NCBI GenBank assembly: GCA_947477885.1
Contig: CANJUD010000008.1
Location: forward strand, 29,569 to 93,568
DNA length: 64,000 bases
Direction of reading: 5' to 3'
Origin: Bacteroidota bacterium
GTDB lineage: Bacteria; Bacteroidota; Bacteroidia; UKL13-3
Shown here: positions 50,205-60,490 of the stretch, piece after piece
Layout: each line of letters starts with the position of its first letter
How positions within the stretch are numbered: position 1 is the stretch's first letter
Made by a program: the position numbers and the translations under genes
Notes under the pieces: generated by a model
Seen by the model: only the letters and a program-made list of their open reading frames with translations
What the model was told of the DNA's origin: nothing
The model's database searches: none

Positions 50205-50837
50205 CTATTTCTTCTGCCTCCAGGTAAAGCCTGCTATCACAAATGTTTTCATAAAACCAACTTCGGCATAAGCCCCCCAATGATCATTGAAATAGGTACG
50301 ACCTCCTAAATATAATTCTGCAAATATGGGTGTTTCGTTTAGCGGGTTTGCCATGGAGTGAGAACCCGTTGTTGATATATTATAACGCGTTTTATTTTGC
50401 CCCAAACCAACCCCCCAATACACATCCAATTTTTCTGATTTAGAAAAATGATTGTTAATCCGCACACTCATTCCGGTTACATGCTTTGCATTATTAAAAG
50501 TTGACGTAAGAGTCTCAAACGCATTGGTATTCTGGTTCCATACTTTCTCAGTATAACTACCTTTTTCAAATGAGTGCATATTTGCTACATGAAAAGCTAT
50601 ACCTATTTTGCTACTGACACCATACTCAGTTTGCAACGTAAATGGCCCAACACTGTAATTCTGATATGAATTATATTGTAGATTATTGGAATTATTGATA
50701 CTATTATTCGTCTCAATAGTAGCTGCCCCAAATCCATAACCTCCGCTAATATAAAGACCATCGAGTTTAAATATTTGTGCGTGAGAAAAAGTGGTAAATA
50801 TTAATACCCAGCTTAAAAATAATATTGCTTTCTTCAT
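50205..50837 (-). CDS. Outer membrane beta-barrel protein
   Basis: Signal peptide MKKAIL...HAQ; alternating beta strands, DVYWGVGLG, G.RTYF...WGAYAEVG. Confidence 0.75.
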   Translation of the reverse strand: MKKAILFLSWVLIFTTFSHAQIFKLDGLYISGGYGFGAATIETNNSINNSNNLQYNSYQNYSVGPFTLQTEYGVSSKIGIAFHVANMHSFEKGSYTEKVWNQNTNAFETLTSTFNNAKHVTGMSVRINNHFSKSEKLDVYWGVGLGQNKTRYNISTTGSHSMANPLNETPIFAELYLGGRTYFNDHWGAYAEVGFMKTFVIAGFTWRQKK

Positions 50838-50902
50838 ATTGATTTGTTTATGCAATGATACATATAAAAGTAAAAAGGGTTGCAAATAAGCTGGAAAATT
50901 TT

Positions 50903-51808
50903 TTAAAAATAAAGCCAATAAAAACTAAATCCCTCACCGGTACTGAACTTGAGAGTAGGCAGGGGCGTTTTAAAATTATTTGCCAAGAACATACAACGCC
51001 GTATCCATTTATATCGGGTAAATAAAATCTCCCAATCAATATCCAATGATAAATAAATCTCGGATAATCTTTCCACAGCAAGCATCTCCATAGTTTGTCC
51101 ATTTTGTTCCCATCGGTTTTCATAGCCACCCAGCAGGCCTGCTGCTCCCACCCCTACACTAACTTGTAACCAGCCTGGAATAAATTTAATATTTGTTATA
51201 TCCTTCAGCCCCATGCTGTACCAATACGTCTGGCCATTATAATCTTTTAGTGCCTGCTCAGCCCATGTGCCGCCGAGCATTGAAGGCCGCATCACCGCAA
51301 ACTGCGAAAACTGAAATCCAAATTTGGGCATCAACTTTATTTTGCTGAATAGCTTTATTTGTATAACAACGATTAACGTCCCACACACATTTGCCAATAT
51401 ATCAGTAAGCGATGCACCATACTTGGGCGACATAGAATCGAGCACTTCAATAGAACACATAAAAGCAAATCCCAAAAATGCCCCAAGCCATATGGAAACG
51501 TTGGGTTTGCATTTTGCCCATTTCAATACTTTATACATAAAACGCACAATAGTAAAAGCTGTGAACACATGCCCCAACTTGTCCATATAACGCCACTCCC
51601 CCAAATCGTTAAACCAATGGGGACTCGCAATTGAATCATTGCCATACCAGGCATTTGCTAAACCTACCAATGCTCCTAAATATATAATAAGGCAAATAGT
51701 AACTATCCCCAAAACCCGCGTGCTACTCTTACCCTGCCATCGCCATAATAATAAATAAGTAATAAGCGATACGGCTACGAAGTATATATATATCCAGGAA
51801 CAACCCAT
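50903..51808 (-). CDS. DUF2279 (YfiM-like) membrane protein
   Basis: AWY, HWFND..EW..MDKLGH, IE.LD...YGAS..D..AN, LKDYNGQTYW, YLSLDID, K.PLP.L. Confidence 0.85.
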   Translation of the reverse strand: MGCSWIYIYFVAVSLITYLLLWRWQGKSSTRVLGIVTICLIIYLGALVGLANAWYGNDSIASPHWFNDLGEWRYMDKLGHVFTAFTIVRFMYKVLKWAKCKPNVSIWLGAFLGFAFMCSIEVLDSMSPKYGASLTDILANVCGTLIVVIQIKLFSKIKLMPKFGFQFSQFAVMRPSMLGGTWAEQALKDYNGQTYWYSMGLKDITNIKFIPGWLQVSVGVGAAGLLGGYENRWEQNGQTMEMLAVERLSEIYLSLDIDWEILFTRYKWIRRCMFLANNFKTPLPTLKFSTGEGFSFYWLYF

Positions 51809-51908
51809 TGTGCAAAGATAGTCATTAGGCATTAGTCGTTAATCGTTAGTCATCAGAATTTAGGCCTTACTACAGAAAACCGATAACAAGAGCATCTGCC
51901 CTTGCTAA

Positions 51909-52195
51909 ACTGACTAATGTTTACTGACTAATGTTTACTGACCACTGACTACTGACTACTGTTTACTGACTACTGTTTACTGACTACTGTTTACTGACTA
52001 CTGACTACTGTTTACTGACTACTGTTTACTGACTACTGTTTACTGACTACTGTTTACTGACTACTGTTTACTGACTACTGCTTACTGACTACTGTTTACT
52101 GACTACTGTTTACTGACTACTGTTTACTGACTACTGTTTACTGACTACTGTTTACTGACTACTGTTTACTGACTACTGTTTACTGACTACTGTTT
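51909..52195. repeat. Tandem array of 41 heptamers (ACTGACT / ACTGTTT, mostly a 14-bp ACTGACTACTGTTT unit)
   Basis: 287 bp = 41 x 7; a few variants (AATGTTT, ACTGACC, ACTGCTT); no spacers; lies between divergent genes. Confidence 0.97.
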
Positions 52196-52200
52196 ACTAC

Positions 52201-52214
52201 ATGATGTATATCAT
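52201..52214. promoter_or_regulatory. Palindromic operator-like site (Crp/Fnr-like TGAT-N4-ATCA)
   Basis: ATGAT-GTAT-ATCAT, about 130 bp upstream of the 52347 gene and right after the array. Confidence 0.4.
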
Positions 52215-52346
52215 ATCAAAATGCATAGCTGCATCATTATTTGGTGGTATTCACTTGACGTTTCTTTGCACCTACAAAATGGAAGGATCCTCCATAGATA
52301 ACTAACAACAAAACATAAACAACTCAAAACAACAACTTATCACTAA

Positions 52347-54764
52347 ATGAAAAAGACTAATTACAAACTATTGCTATTAATTTTCGCAATAAATTTATCG
52401 AATGCAATCGCACAAACAACAACAAGCTGGAAAGGCACTTCAAGCACAAATTGGAGTACTTCAGCCAATTGGACAAACGGCATACCTTCATCAACAATCG
52501 ATGCAGTGCTAGGAGACGCAAACTTTACCGGGTCGAAACAGCCCACTTTAACTGCCACATCATCAGCCAAATCCTTAACTATAGGTGCTAGCGTAACTAC
52601 AACCTTAACAATATCAGAAGATATATCAATTTCAGGTAATATAACTATAAATTCGAATGGCAAAATTTCACATACGGATAATACTATAACACTAAATGGT
52701 AATTTTAGCAACTCGGGAACTTATACTGCATCAAGTTCGGGCTCAGCAATTACTTTTGCTGGAAGCACGCAAACTATTGGCGGGAGTGTTGCAAGTACTT
52801 TTAGAAAACTCACTATTAATTCTGGAAGCACCGTTTCGCTAAACTCTAATATTAGCATATCTGGCACATCGAGTAATTTGACGGTATCAGGTGTACTCAA
52901 TCCAGATACCTATACTGTATCTGGAACCGGAACCTACACTGTAAACGGAACTTTAAAAGTTTATGCATCTACCTATGCTGGCAATTATTCTATTTCGGGA
53001 ACTGCCACAATTAATGTAGGAAGTATTATAGAATATGCTGCCTCATCGATAGACCAAACTGTAAGCAACAGTATAACTTATTCAACACTCACCATTAGTG
53101 GTGGCCGAACAAAATCATTGTCTGGAAATCTGGCTTCGCTAAAATCCTCCACTTCAGCTATCGGAAATATATATGTAAATAGTGGCACTTTTGATTTGTC
53201 AACGTATACCGCTAGCAGGGGAACAAGCGTTGCAGGCGGCACATTGAGCGTGGCAGATGGGGCAACATTAAAAATTGGTGGAACAAATTCTATTCCTTCA
53301 AACTATAATACTATTACCCTAAATTCAAATAGTACGGTTGGATATACTGGCACTACGCAAGCAATCTATAATACTACTTATGGCAATTTAACCCTATCAG
53401 GTTCAGGCAATAAAACTCCAAGTGCAAACCTAACAATTGCGAAAAATTTTAACCTAAGTGCTGCAACTTTTGTTGCAGGAAGCTATACCCATAGCATTGG
53501 AGGAGATTTCACGATGAGTAGTGGCACATTTACAAATACAGGAAGCACCGTCATTTTAAACGGAAGCGCCATTCAAAATTTAAGCAGCACCGGTAGTTTT
53601 AATAAATTGAAAATAAACAATACCTCCAATATCAATTTAGCAGGCAGTATTACAGTGAATGATTCTTTAGCACTAGTGGCTGGTAAAATTGTACTTGGCA
53701 ACTACAACTTAACCTTGGGATCGAATAGCAAAATCACAGGAGCATCATCTTCTAATTATATAGTAGCAGTAGATTCAGGTACTTTAACACAGCAAATCAC
53801 AAATGGAGGAAGTAAAGCATTCCCTATAGGCAGCAGCAGTGATTATTTGCCAGCAACAATTGCACTTACATCGGCATCGACTACTGACAATTTTAGTCTT
53901 AATTTAAAAAGTGAATTGCGGTTAAAAGGTACCACAGGAAATCTTGTTACTGACAAATCTGTCAATGCAACTTGGCATATCAGTGAAGGAACTGTAGGAG
54001 GCTCAAACGCTACAATCACGCTGCAGTTTAAAGGTTCATTAGCACATTCAGGCATGTCAAAAACTAAATGCAGACTTATACATTTTTCTAGCAACTCGTG
54101 GGATTATGGCAGTACTGATTTAGCTGTAACAGGAACCGATCCATATAGTATTAGCAGATCTGGATTTACCAGCTTCTCTCCTTTTGCAGTGTCGAGTGCA
54201 ATTCCACTACCTGTAACTTGGGTGAAAGTAAGTGGAGAGCGAATTAAAGATGACAATTATATTCACTGGACTACAGCAAATGAATTGAACAACGAATATT
54301 TTGCAATTGAATCATCGGCTGATGGGAAAAACTTTAATGAGATTGGCCGTGAAGCTGGTGCAAGCAATTCAATGACTTCACACGATTATAATTTTATTCA
54401 TAAGGAAGCAAATGAGGATATGTATTTTTATCGCATTAAACAAGTTGACTATAATGGACATAGCGAGTATTCTAAAATTATTATAGTAACACCCGCACAA
54501 AACCAAGTAATAAACAATGTAATATTGTATCCCAAACCTGTAACTGACGCAGCAGCCTTATCAATTTCATTAAATGAAAATACTATTTCTGTAATAACAG
54601 TAAGTGATGTGCAAGGTAAATTGGTGTATAATAAAAGTTCGATACTCACCAAAGGGAATAACTTACTATCAGTTGATATGACAAATTACCCCCCTGGCAC
54701 CTATTTCTTGCAAATAACTAATGATTCGGGGGTATTACACTCGAGTAAATTTATCAAAAACTAA
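52347..54764 (+). CDS. Ser/Thr/Gly-rich T9SS type A CTD surface protein (adhesin-like beta-helical repeats)
   Basis: Signal peptide; W.G..STNW....NW; Y..LTISG..TK repeats; SFSPF, LPVTW, W.TA.E.NN..F.IE.S.DG, YYRIKQVD-like, LYPKP...GTYFL. Confidence 0.88.
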   Translation: MKKTNYKLLLLIFAINLSNAIAQTTTSWKGTSSTNWSTSANWTNGIPSSTIDAVLGDANFTGSKQPTLTATSSAKSLTIGASVTTTLTISEDISISGNITINSNGKISHTDNTITLNGNFSNSGTYTASSSGSAITFAGSTQTIGGSVASTFRKLTINSGSTVSLNSNISISGTSSNLTVSGVLNPDTYTVSGTGTYTVNGTLKVYASTYAGNYSISGTATINVGSIIEYAASSIDQTVSNSITYSTLTISGGRTKSLSGNLASLKSSTSAIGNIYVNSGTFDLSTYTASRGTSVAGGTLSVADGATLKIGGTNSIPSNYNTITLNSNSTVGYTGTTQAIYNTTYGNLTLSGSGNKTPSANLTIAKNFNLSAATFVAGSYTHSIGGDFTMSSGTFTNTGSTVILNGSAIQNLSSTGSFNKLKINNTSNINLAGSITVNDSLALVAGKIVLGNYNLTLGSNSKITGASSSNYIVAVDSGTLTQQITNGGSKAFPIGSSSDYLPATIALTSASTTDNFSLNLKSELRLKGTTGNLVTDKSVNATWHISEGTVGGSNATITLQFKGSLAHSGMSKTKCRLIHFSSNSWDYGSTDLAVTGTDPYSISRSGFTSFSPFAVSSAIPLPVTWVKVSGERIKDDNYIHWTTANELNNEYFAIESSADGKNFNEIGREAGASNSMTSHDYNFIHKEANEDMYFYRIKQVDYNGHSEYSKIIIVTPAQNQVINNVILYPKPVTDAAALSISLNENTISVITVSDVQGKLVYNKSSILTKGNNLLSVDMTNYPPGTYFLQITNDSGVLHSSKFIKN

Positions 54765-54899
54765 CTTGAGCATATAATATATAAATAAATGATGTATCTT
54801 TTATTATCTGTTGCCCTCTGGATTCCAGTAAAGCTAAGCAAATAAAGAATACTACTATATAAAAGAATCTAAATTCCAACTTGTAAGTAAGTTCCTTAT

Positions 54900-54939
54900 A
54901 AACAAAGAAATCGTCCCAGTAAGGCGGTTTCTTTGTTTT
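54900..54939 (+). terminator. Rho-independent terminator
   Basis: aaacaaagaaatcg...cggtttctttgttt. Confidence 0.65.
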
Positions 54940-55069
54940 GTGGGAGATTGAGAATGATTAACAATTATTGTGGTGAGAGGGATGAAGTAAAAACAGCTTT
55001 GATGAAAATATTTGTACTGCCATTTATTAAATATTTGGTAATTTGATTATACTAAACAAAATTTCAAAC

Positions 55070-55294
55070 ATCACCCACAAAAAATTCTTCACCAGTCAGT
55101 CCGGGAAATATCTTTTCCTACTCAGTGTTATTGGCCTCACCATCGCCCTCCCCTGCCTGCCATTAGCAGGCGAGATTGGACTAGTTCCAATACCACTGAT
55201 TAATTTAGGAGCGATGTTAGCAATTGTTGCTGCAGATATTATAACGGCAGATATGTTGAAGATTTGGTTTTTTACAAGGTACAAAGAGGCTTGA
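55070..55294 (+). pseudogene. C-terminal remnant of an MgtA-like Mg2+-transporting P-type ATPase
   Basis: THKKFFTSQSGKYL...ALP.LPLAG.IGLVPIP...AMLAIV...IITADMLKIWFF resembles the last two TM helices of MgtA; the rest of the gene is absent. Confidence 0.6.
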
Positions 55295-55518
55295 TGATAT
55301 TTATGATTTCAAACCCAACCATCTGGTGAAATTTGTTTTTATTATTCAAGCTTGTTTCAGGTCTCCAATTCCAAAATATTCATTCGAAATATTTAACTAA
55401 ATATTCATGATAACAAGGCTTCCCGTAATAATAGTTAAACAAAACTACCGTAATATTTAAAAAAAAAACAATTGATTCAAATCATTGTTAGTTACACTTA
55501 TAAGTAAATATATCGAAT

Positions 55519-56997
55519 TTGTCTAAAATTATAGTTATAGGTTCTGGGTTTTCAGGATTGAGTGCTGCATCATACTTAGCTGCGTCTGGGCATGAAGTGC
55601 ATATCTATGAAAAAAACGATCAAGAAGGTGGCAGAGCGAGGCAATTTGTAAGCGATTCGGGCTATACATTTGATATGGGGCCAAGTTGGTATTGGATGCC
55701 GGGCGTATTTGAAAAATTCTTCAACGATTTTGGTCACAAGGTTTCTGATTTTTATGAACTTAAATTACTAGACCCTTCATTTGAAATTGTATATGGTAAA
55801 TATGAAACCATGCAAATTCCTGAAAATTTTGAAGAGTTATGTATACTATTTGAATCTATTGAAGCTAAAAGTTCGGCCAAACTCAGAAAGTTTATGGATG
55901 AGGCTGAATATAAATATAAAACAGGCATCGAAAATTTAGTATACAAACCAGGGCTTTCTTTAACAGAATTTGCCGATATGGATTTGCTAAAAGGAATATT
56001 CCGACTACAAGTTTTTTCATCATTTAGCAAACATGTTCGAGATCATTTTAAAAATCTCAAACTAATTGCATTGATGGAGTTTCCGGTGCTGTTCCTTGGA
56101 GCCATGCCGCAAGACACACCCGCACTATACAGCCTGATGAACTACGCGGGATTGAAACTAGGCACTTGGTATCCTATGGGTGGTTTTAAAAAAGTAATTG
56201 ACGGCATGGTAGCAGTTGCTAAAAGTAAGGATGTTATATTTCATTTAAATGCCAATGTAGAAAAAATAAACATAGAAAATAAGCAAGCCAAAAGTATAAC
56301 AGTAAACGGTGAAACTATATACTGCGATGCAATCATTGCTTCCGCCGATTATCATCATGTAGAAAGTAAACTGCTAGAAGCAGAATACAGAAACTATAGT
56401 GACGCCTATTGGGATAAAAAAACCTTTGCTCCATCCTGTTTGATATATTATATAGGCTTAAACAAAAAAGTAAAATCACTGCAGCATCATACTTTGTTTT
56501 TTGATGAAGACCTTTTTATACATTCAAAAGAAATATATAAAACTCCGCAATGGCCCACCAAACCACTTTTCTACGTATGTTGTCCATCGCAAACTGATGA
56601 TAGCGTTGCCCCTCCAGGTCATGAAAACTTATTTTTATTAATGCCTATTGCTCCAGGTTTAATAGACAATGAAGAAACACGTGAGAAATATTTTGAAGTG
56701 ATGATAGAACGCCTGGAAAAACAAAGCGGAGAAGATATAAAATCATTTATCGATTACAAAAAAAGCTATTGTATCAACGATTTTATCACTGACTATAATT
56801 CTTATAAAGGCAATGCATATGGGTTAGCAAATACCTTATCGCAAACAGCCATATTGAAACCCAAAATTAAAAACAAAAAACTTAATAATTTATATTACAC
56901 AGGCCAGCTAACTGTTCCTGGGCCGGGTGTTCCGCCGTCTATTATATCAGGTAAAGTAGCCGCTGATGAAGTATTAAAATATTTGAACAAATTATGA
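55519..56997 (+). CDS. crtI: Phytoene desaturase
   Basis: VIGSGFSGLSAA FAD motif, GGRAR, FDMGPSWYWMP, GQLTVPGPGVPPSIISG. Confidence 0.95.
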   Translation: MSKIIVIGSGFSGLSAASYLAASGHEVHIYEKNDQEGGRARQFVSDSGYTFDMGPSWYWMPGVFEKFFNDFGHKVSDFYELKLLDPSFEIVYGKYETMQIPENFEELCILFESIEAKSSAKLRKFMDEAEYKYKTGIENLVYKPGLSLTEFADMDLLKGIFRLQVFSSFSKHVRDHFKNLKLIALMEFPVLFLGAMPQDTPALYSLMNYAGLKLGTWYPMGGFKKVIDGMVAVAKSKDVIFHLNANVEKINIENKQAKSITVNGETIYCDAIIASADYHHVESKLLEAEYRNYSDAYWDKKTFAPSCLIYYIGLNKKVKSLQHHTLFFDEDLFIHSKEIYKTPQWPTKPLFYVCCPSQTDDSVAPPGHENLFLLMPIAPGLIDNEETREKYFEVMIERLEKQSGEDIKSFIDYKKSYCINDFITDYNSYKGNAYGLANTLSQTAILKPKIKNKKLNNLYYTGQLTVPGPGVPPSIISGKVAADEVLKYLNKL

Positions 56998-57830
56998 AGA
57001 AAATATTTGACACCATCTCTGTAAAAAGCAGTAAGCTCGCCACCAGGGCTTACAGCACCAGTTTTTCTATGGGAATTTATTTCTTAAACAAAGAGCTCCA
57101 CAATCCCATATATTCTATTTATGGATTTGTGCGTTTTGCCGATGAAATTGTAGATAGTTTCGAAGACTATGACAAGCGATATTTATTGAATAAATTTAAG
57201 AACGACACCTATGAAGCAATTGAACAAAAAATTTCTCTAAACCCTATATTAAATGCGTTTCAACAAGTAGTAAATCAATATGAAATTGACCACAAATTAA
57301 TAGAAATATTTTTACAAAGTATGGAAATGGATTTAGAGAAAAAACAATATACTCAAGAAGTATATAATCAATACATTCTTGGTTCAGCCGAAGTTGTTGG
57401 ATTGATGTGTTTGCATGTGTTTACTGATAATAATAAAAAACAATATGAAGAGCTAAAACCTTACGCCATGAAGCTTGGTGCAGCTTTTCAAAAAATTAAT
57501 TTCCTACGCGATATGAAAGCCGACTACCATGATTTGGGCAGAACTTACTTTCCAAATGTAGATATGAACAAGTTTAATAACCATGTGAAGCAGCAAATTG
57601 AACAAGAGATTGAAGCCGATTTAAAAGATGCCCTGATAGGTATAAAAAAACTGCCCAGCTCAAGTAAAGGCGGCGTTTATCTTGCTTATGTATATTATAA
57701 CTCATTGTTCAAAAAAATAAAAAATGTGCCTGCACATAAAATCCTCAATGAACGTATCCGCATTAGTAACGGAAAAAAAATTGGACTGATGATTAATAGT
57801 TTGCTTCAATCAAAAATGAAATTAGTATGA
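56994..57830 (+). CDS. crtB: Phytoene synthase
   Basis: YSTSF, IYGFVRFADEIVD, SMEMD, GSAEVVGLM, LGAAFQKINFLRD. Confidence 0.95.
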   Translation: MKKIFDTISVKSSKLATRAYSTSFSMGIYFLNKELHNPIYSIYGFVRFADEIVDSFEDYDKRYLLNKFKNDTYEAIEQKISLNPILNAFQQVVNQYEIDHKLIEIFLQSMEMDLEKKQYTQEVYNQYILGSAEVVGLMCLHVFTDNNKKQYEELKPYAMKLGAAFQKINFLRDMKADYHDLGRTYFPNVDMNKFNNHVKQQIEQEIEADLKDALIGIKKLPSSSKGGVYLAYVYYNSLFKKIKNVPAHKILNERIRISNGKKIGLMINSLLQSKMKLV

Positions 57831-58333
57831 GAAAAATAACCTACGTCATCATCTTATCTTTTATCTGCTATCAAACAAATGGACAAGCCCCAACAAAAAC
57901 GCTGATTCGTTCACTATATAAAAAAGCAGCTACGGATGAAGCAGCGTGCAAAGAAATTATCACTACACTTGAATCCTATAACGAAAACAATAACGCTTTA
58001 TGGGCTGGCTACAAAGCATATGCAACTATCATGCTGGCCAATCATGTTTTTAATCCTTATAGCAAATTATCAAATTTTAATGCCGGAAAAAAATTGCTCG
58101 AAAATTGTATCAATGCTGATAAAGGAAATGTTGAACTCAGATTACTTAGATTTGCAATTCAAACGAATGCCCCTTCCTTTTTGGGTTATAGTAATTCCAT
58201 TAACGAAGACAAATTAATACTTATTAATACAATCGGGTATATAAAAGAAAACGAACTAAAACAACAAATAATCTCCTATTTAAAAACCTGTGAACAGCTT
58301 ACTCCTGCTGAAAAACTAAAACTAAACCAATGA
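57827..58333 (+). CDS. Secreted alpha-helical hypothetical protein in the crt operon
   Basis: Signal peptide; NP.SKL..F..GK..LE, N.ELR.LR...Q.N.P.FLGY; overlaps crtB and idi by 4 bp. Confidence 0.8.
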   Translation: MRKITYVIILSFICYQTNGQAPTKTLIRSLYKKAATDEAACKEIITTLESYNENNNALWAGYKAYATIMLANHVFNPYSKLSNFNAGKKLLENCINADKGNVELRLLRFAIQTNAPSFLGYSNSINEDKLILINTIGYIKENELKQQIISYLKTCEQLTPAEKLKLNQ

Positions 58334-58854
58334 CCGAATATTTAATACTTGTTGACCCTAATGATATAGAAAAAGGCAAAATGGAAAAGCTTTTGGTTCA
58401 TCAGTTGGGATTACTGCATCGGGCATTTTCTGTTTTTATATTTAACACAAAAGGCGAATTAATTCTGCAACAACGTGCCGATGAAAAATACCATTCGGCT
58501 GGCCTTTGGACCAATACCTGTTGCAGCCATCCGCAATATGGCGAAGATGTTGCAGTGGCTATAAAAAGGCGGCTGCATGAAGAAATGGGTCTTGCTTGCG
58601 AAACGCATTTTGCCTTTAAATTTATCTATAAAGCCCAATTCCAAAATGGATTGATGGAGTACGAATACGATCATGTATATTTTGGAATAACCAATGATCA
58701 TCCTATTTTGAAACCCGAGGAAGCCAAAGACTGGCGATATATAAGTTTATCCGCTCTAGAGGCAGAACTAACAAAGCATTCTGAAAACTACACCGAATGG
58801 CTTAAGATTTGTTTTGTCGAATTAAAAGAACACTATAATAAAATAAATTTTTAA
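58330..58854 (+). CDS. idi: Isopentenyl-diphosphate delta-isomerase, type 1
   Basis: LHRAFSVF, LQQRA..KYH, WTNTCCSHP, RRL.EEMG, E.EYDHV. Confidence 0.95.
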   Translation: MTEYLILVDPNDIEKGKMEKLLVHQLGLLHRAFSVFIFNTKGELILQQRADEKYHSAGLWTNTCCSHPQYGEDVAVAIKRRLHEEMGLACETHFAFKFIYKAQFQNGLMEYEYDHVYFGITNDHPILKPEEAKDWRYISLSALEAELTKHSENYTEWLKICFVELKEHYNKINF

Positions 58855-58864
58855 GCCATCAAAT

Positions 58865-59317
58865 ATGTATCAATTCCGAGCAGATCAATTCCTACCTATC
58901 CCCATCGAGCAAGCTTGGGCATTTTTCTCCGCTGCTCAAAATTTATCCAAAATAACCCCGCCGGAAATGAAGTTTAATGTGCTCACTCAATTGAAAGATG
59001 AGGAAATATACAATAGAATGCTTATCGATTACACCGTGAGACCCTTGTTTGGAATACCTTTGCATTGGCAAACTGAAATTTGCAAAGTAGAACGCCCAAC
59101 GATGTTTACCGACCAGCAATTAAAAGGCCCATTTAAAATTTGGCACCATACCCATACTTTCAAATCTGTATCGGGAGGCACCCTTATGAGCGACGTTGTA
59201 GATTACGAATTACCTTTGGGACTTATTGGCAAATTAGCCCATCGTATTCTCGTAAAAAAAAGGGTAGAAAATATATTTATATTTCGTAAGAAAATATTAG
59301 AAACACTATTTAAATAA
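58865..59317 (+). CDS. SRPBCC (START-like) family protein
   Basis: W.FF....NL..ITP, F.D.Q..GPF..WHH.H.F, GT.M.D.V.Y, IF.FR. Confidence 0.88.
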   Translation: MYQFRADQFLPIPIEQAWAFFSAAQNLSKITPPEMKFNVLTQLKDEEIYNRMLIDYTVRPLFGIPLHWQTEICKVERPTMFTDQQLKGPFKIWHHTHTFKSVSGGTLMSDVVDYELPLGLIGKLAHRILVKKRVENIFIFRKKILETLFK

Positions 59318-59794
59318 ATGAGTACGATTTTAATTAATATCATTATAACACTAGCTACGTTCTTTGCTATGGAAAGCGTGGCGTGGCTTGCTCATAGATT
59401 TGTGATGCATGGTTTTCTATGGTACTTGCACAAAGACCATCACAAAAAAGAAACCGATGGCTTTTTAGAACACAACGATTTTTTCTTTATCATTTTTGCG
59501 GTACCAGGCATCTTAGGATTACTCTTTGGCATGCAAAACGATTTCAATTTTTTGTTTTGGATTGGTTTGGGAATTACCATTTACGGCTTTGCGTATTTTG
59601 TAGTGCATGATATTTTTATTCACCAACGCTTCAAATTGTTTCGCAATGCAAATAACGCCTATTTCAAAGCTATTCGCAGGGCACACAAAATGCATCATAA
59701 GCATTTAGGTAAAGAACATGGCGAATCGTTCGGTATGCTTTGGGTGCCTTTCAAATACTTCAAGAACAACTCCAAAAATTTACTTGATAATTGA
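59318..59794 (+). CDS. crtZ: Beta-carotene hydroxylase
   Basis: ME..AW..HR..MHG.LW..H.DHH, E.ND.F, HD..IHQR, AH..HH histidine boxes. Confidence 0.93.
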   Translation: MSTILINIIITLATFFAMESVAWLAHRFVMHGFLWYLHKDHHKKETDGFLEHNDFFFIIFAVPGILGLLFGMQNDFNFLFWIGLGITIYGFAYFVVHDIFIHQRFKLFRNANNAYFKAIRRAHKMHHKHLGKEHGESFGMLWVPFKYFKNNSKNLLDN

Positions 59795-60489
59795 AATCCC
59801 TATATCTTCTTATCAATATTTTTACCATAATCGTTCCGGTTATCTTTTCCTTTCATCCCAAGCTGCAATTCTATAAAAACTGGAAAGCATTTTTTATATC
59901 AAGTATTATAGTTGCTGTTGCATTTGTTTTATGGGACATACAATTCACCAAGCTGGCCGTGTGGGGCTTCAATCCTAATTATGTAACGGGAATCTATCTA
60001 TACAAGCTTCCACTTGAGGAAGTATTATTTTTTATCTGCATTCCCTTTTCTTGCGTGTTTACCTATCACTGTTTAAATATATTTTATCAATACAAATGGA
60101 AGCCAAAAACGGAAACATTTTTTATTATCATATTATCTATTTTACTGCTTGCCATAGGAATAATTAACTACGATAAACTATATACTTTTTATACATTTGT
60201 AAGCCTCGCCATTTTACTTATACTTTTAAAATTTGCATTTAACGTTACGTGGCTATCCAAGTTACTTAGCATCTACCCCATCCTCTTGATTCCATTCTTT
60301 ATTGTTAATGGCATCCTCACAGGCACCGGAATTGAGCAGCCCGTGGTGTGGTATAATAATGCTGAGAATTTGGGAATCCGATTATTGACCATTCCTGTGG
60401 AAGATATATTTTATGGCTTTGAATTAATACTTTTGAATGTATTTTTGTATCAGTCTATGATTCAAAAAGCCAATTCAAAAAACCAATAA
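59791..60489 (+). CDS. crtY: Lycopene cyclase (membrane CrtYcd-type, two repeated domains)
   Basis: WD......VWGFN, LPLEE.LFF, VNG.LTG, VWYN..E.LG.R..TIPVED..Y. Confidence 0.88.
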   Translation: MKSLYLLINIFTIIVPVIFSFHPKLQFYKNWKAFFISSIIVAVAFVLWDIQFTKLAVWGFNPNYVTGIYLYKLPLEEVLFFICIPFSCVFTYHCLNIFYQYKWKPKTETFFIIILSILLLAIGIINYDKLYTFYTFVSLAILLILLKFAFNVTWLSKLLSIYPILLIPFFIVNGILTGTGIEQPVVWYNNAENLGIRLLTIPVEDIFYGFELILLNVFLYQSMIQKANSKNQ

Positions 60490-60490
60490 T

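Noticed and set aside
51909-52195. Possible CRISPR array
   Set aside because: Contiguous 7/14-bp units with no unique spacers, and no cas genes recognised in the window.
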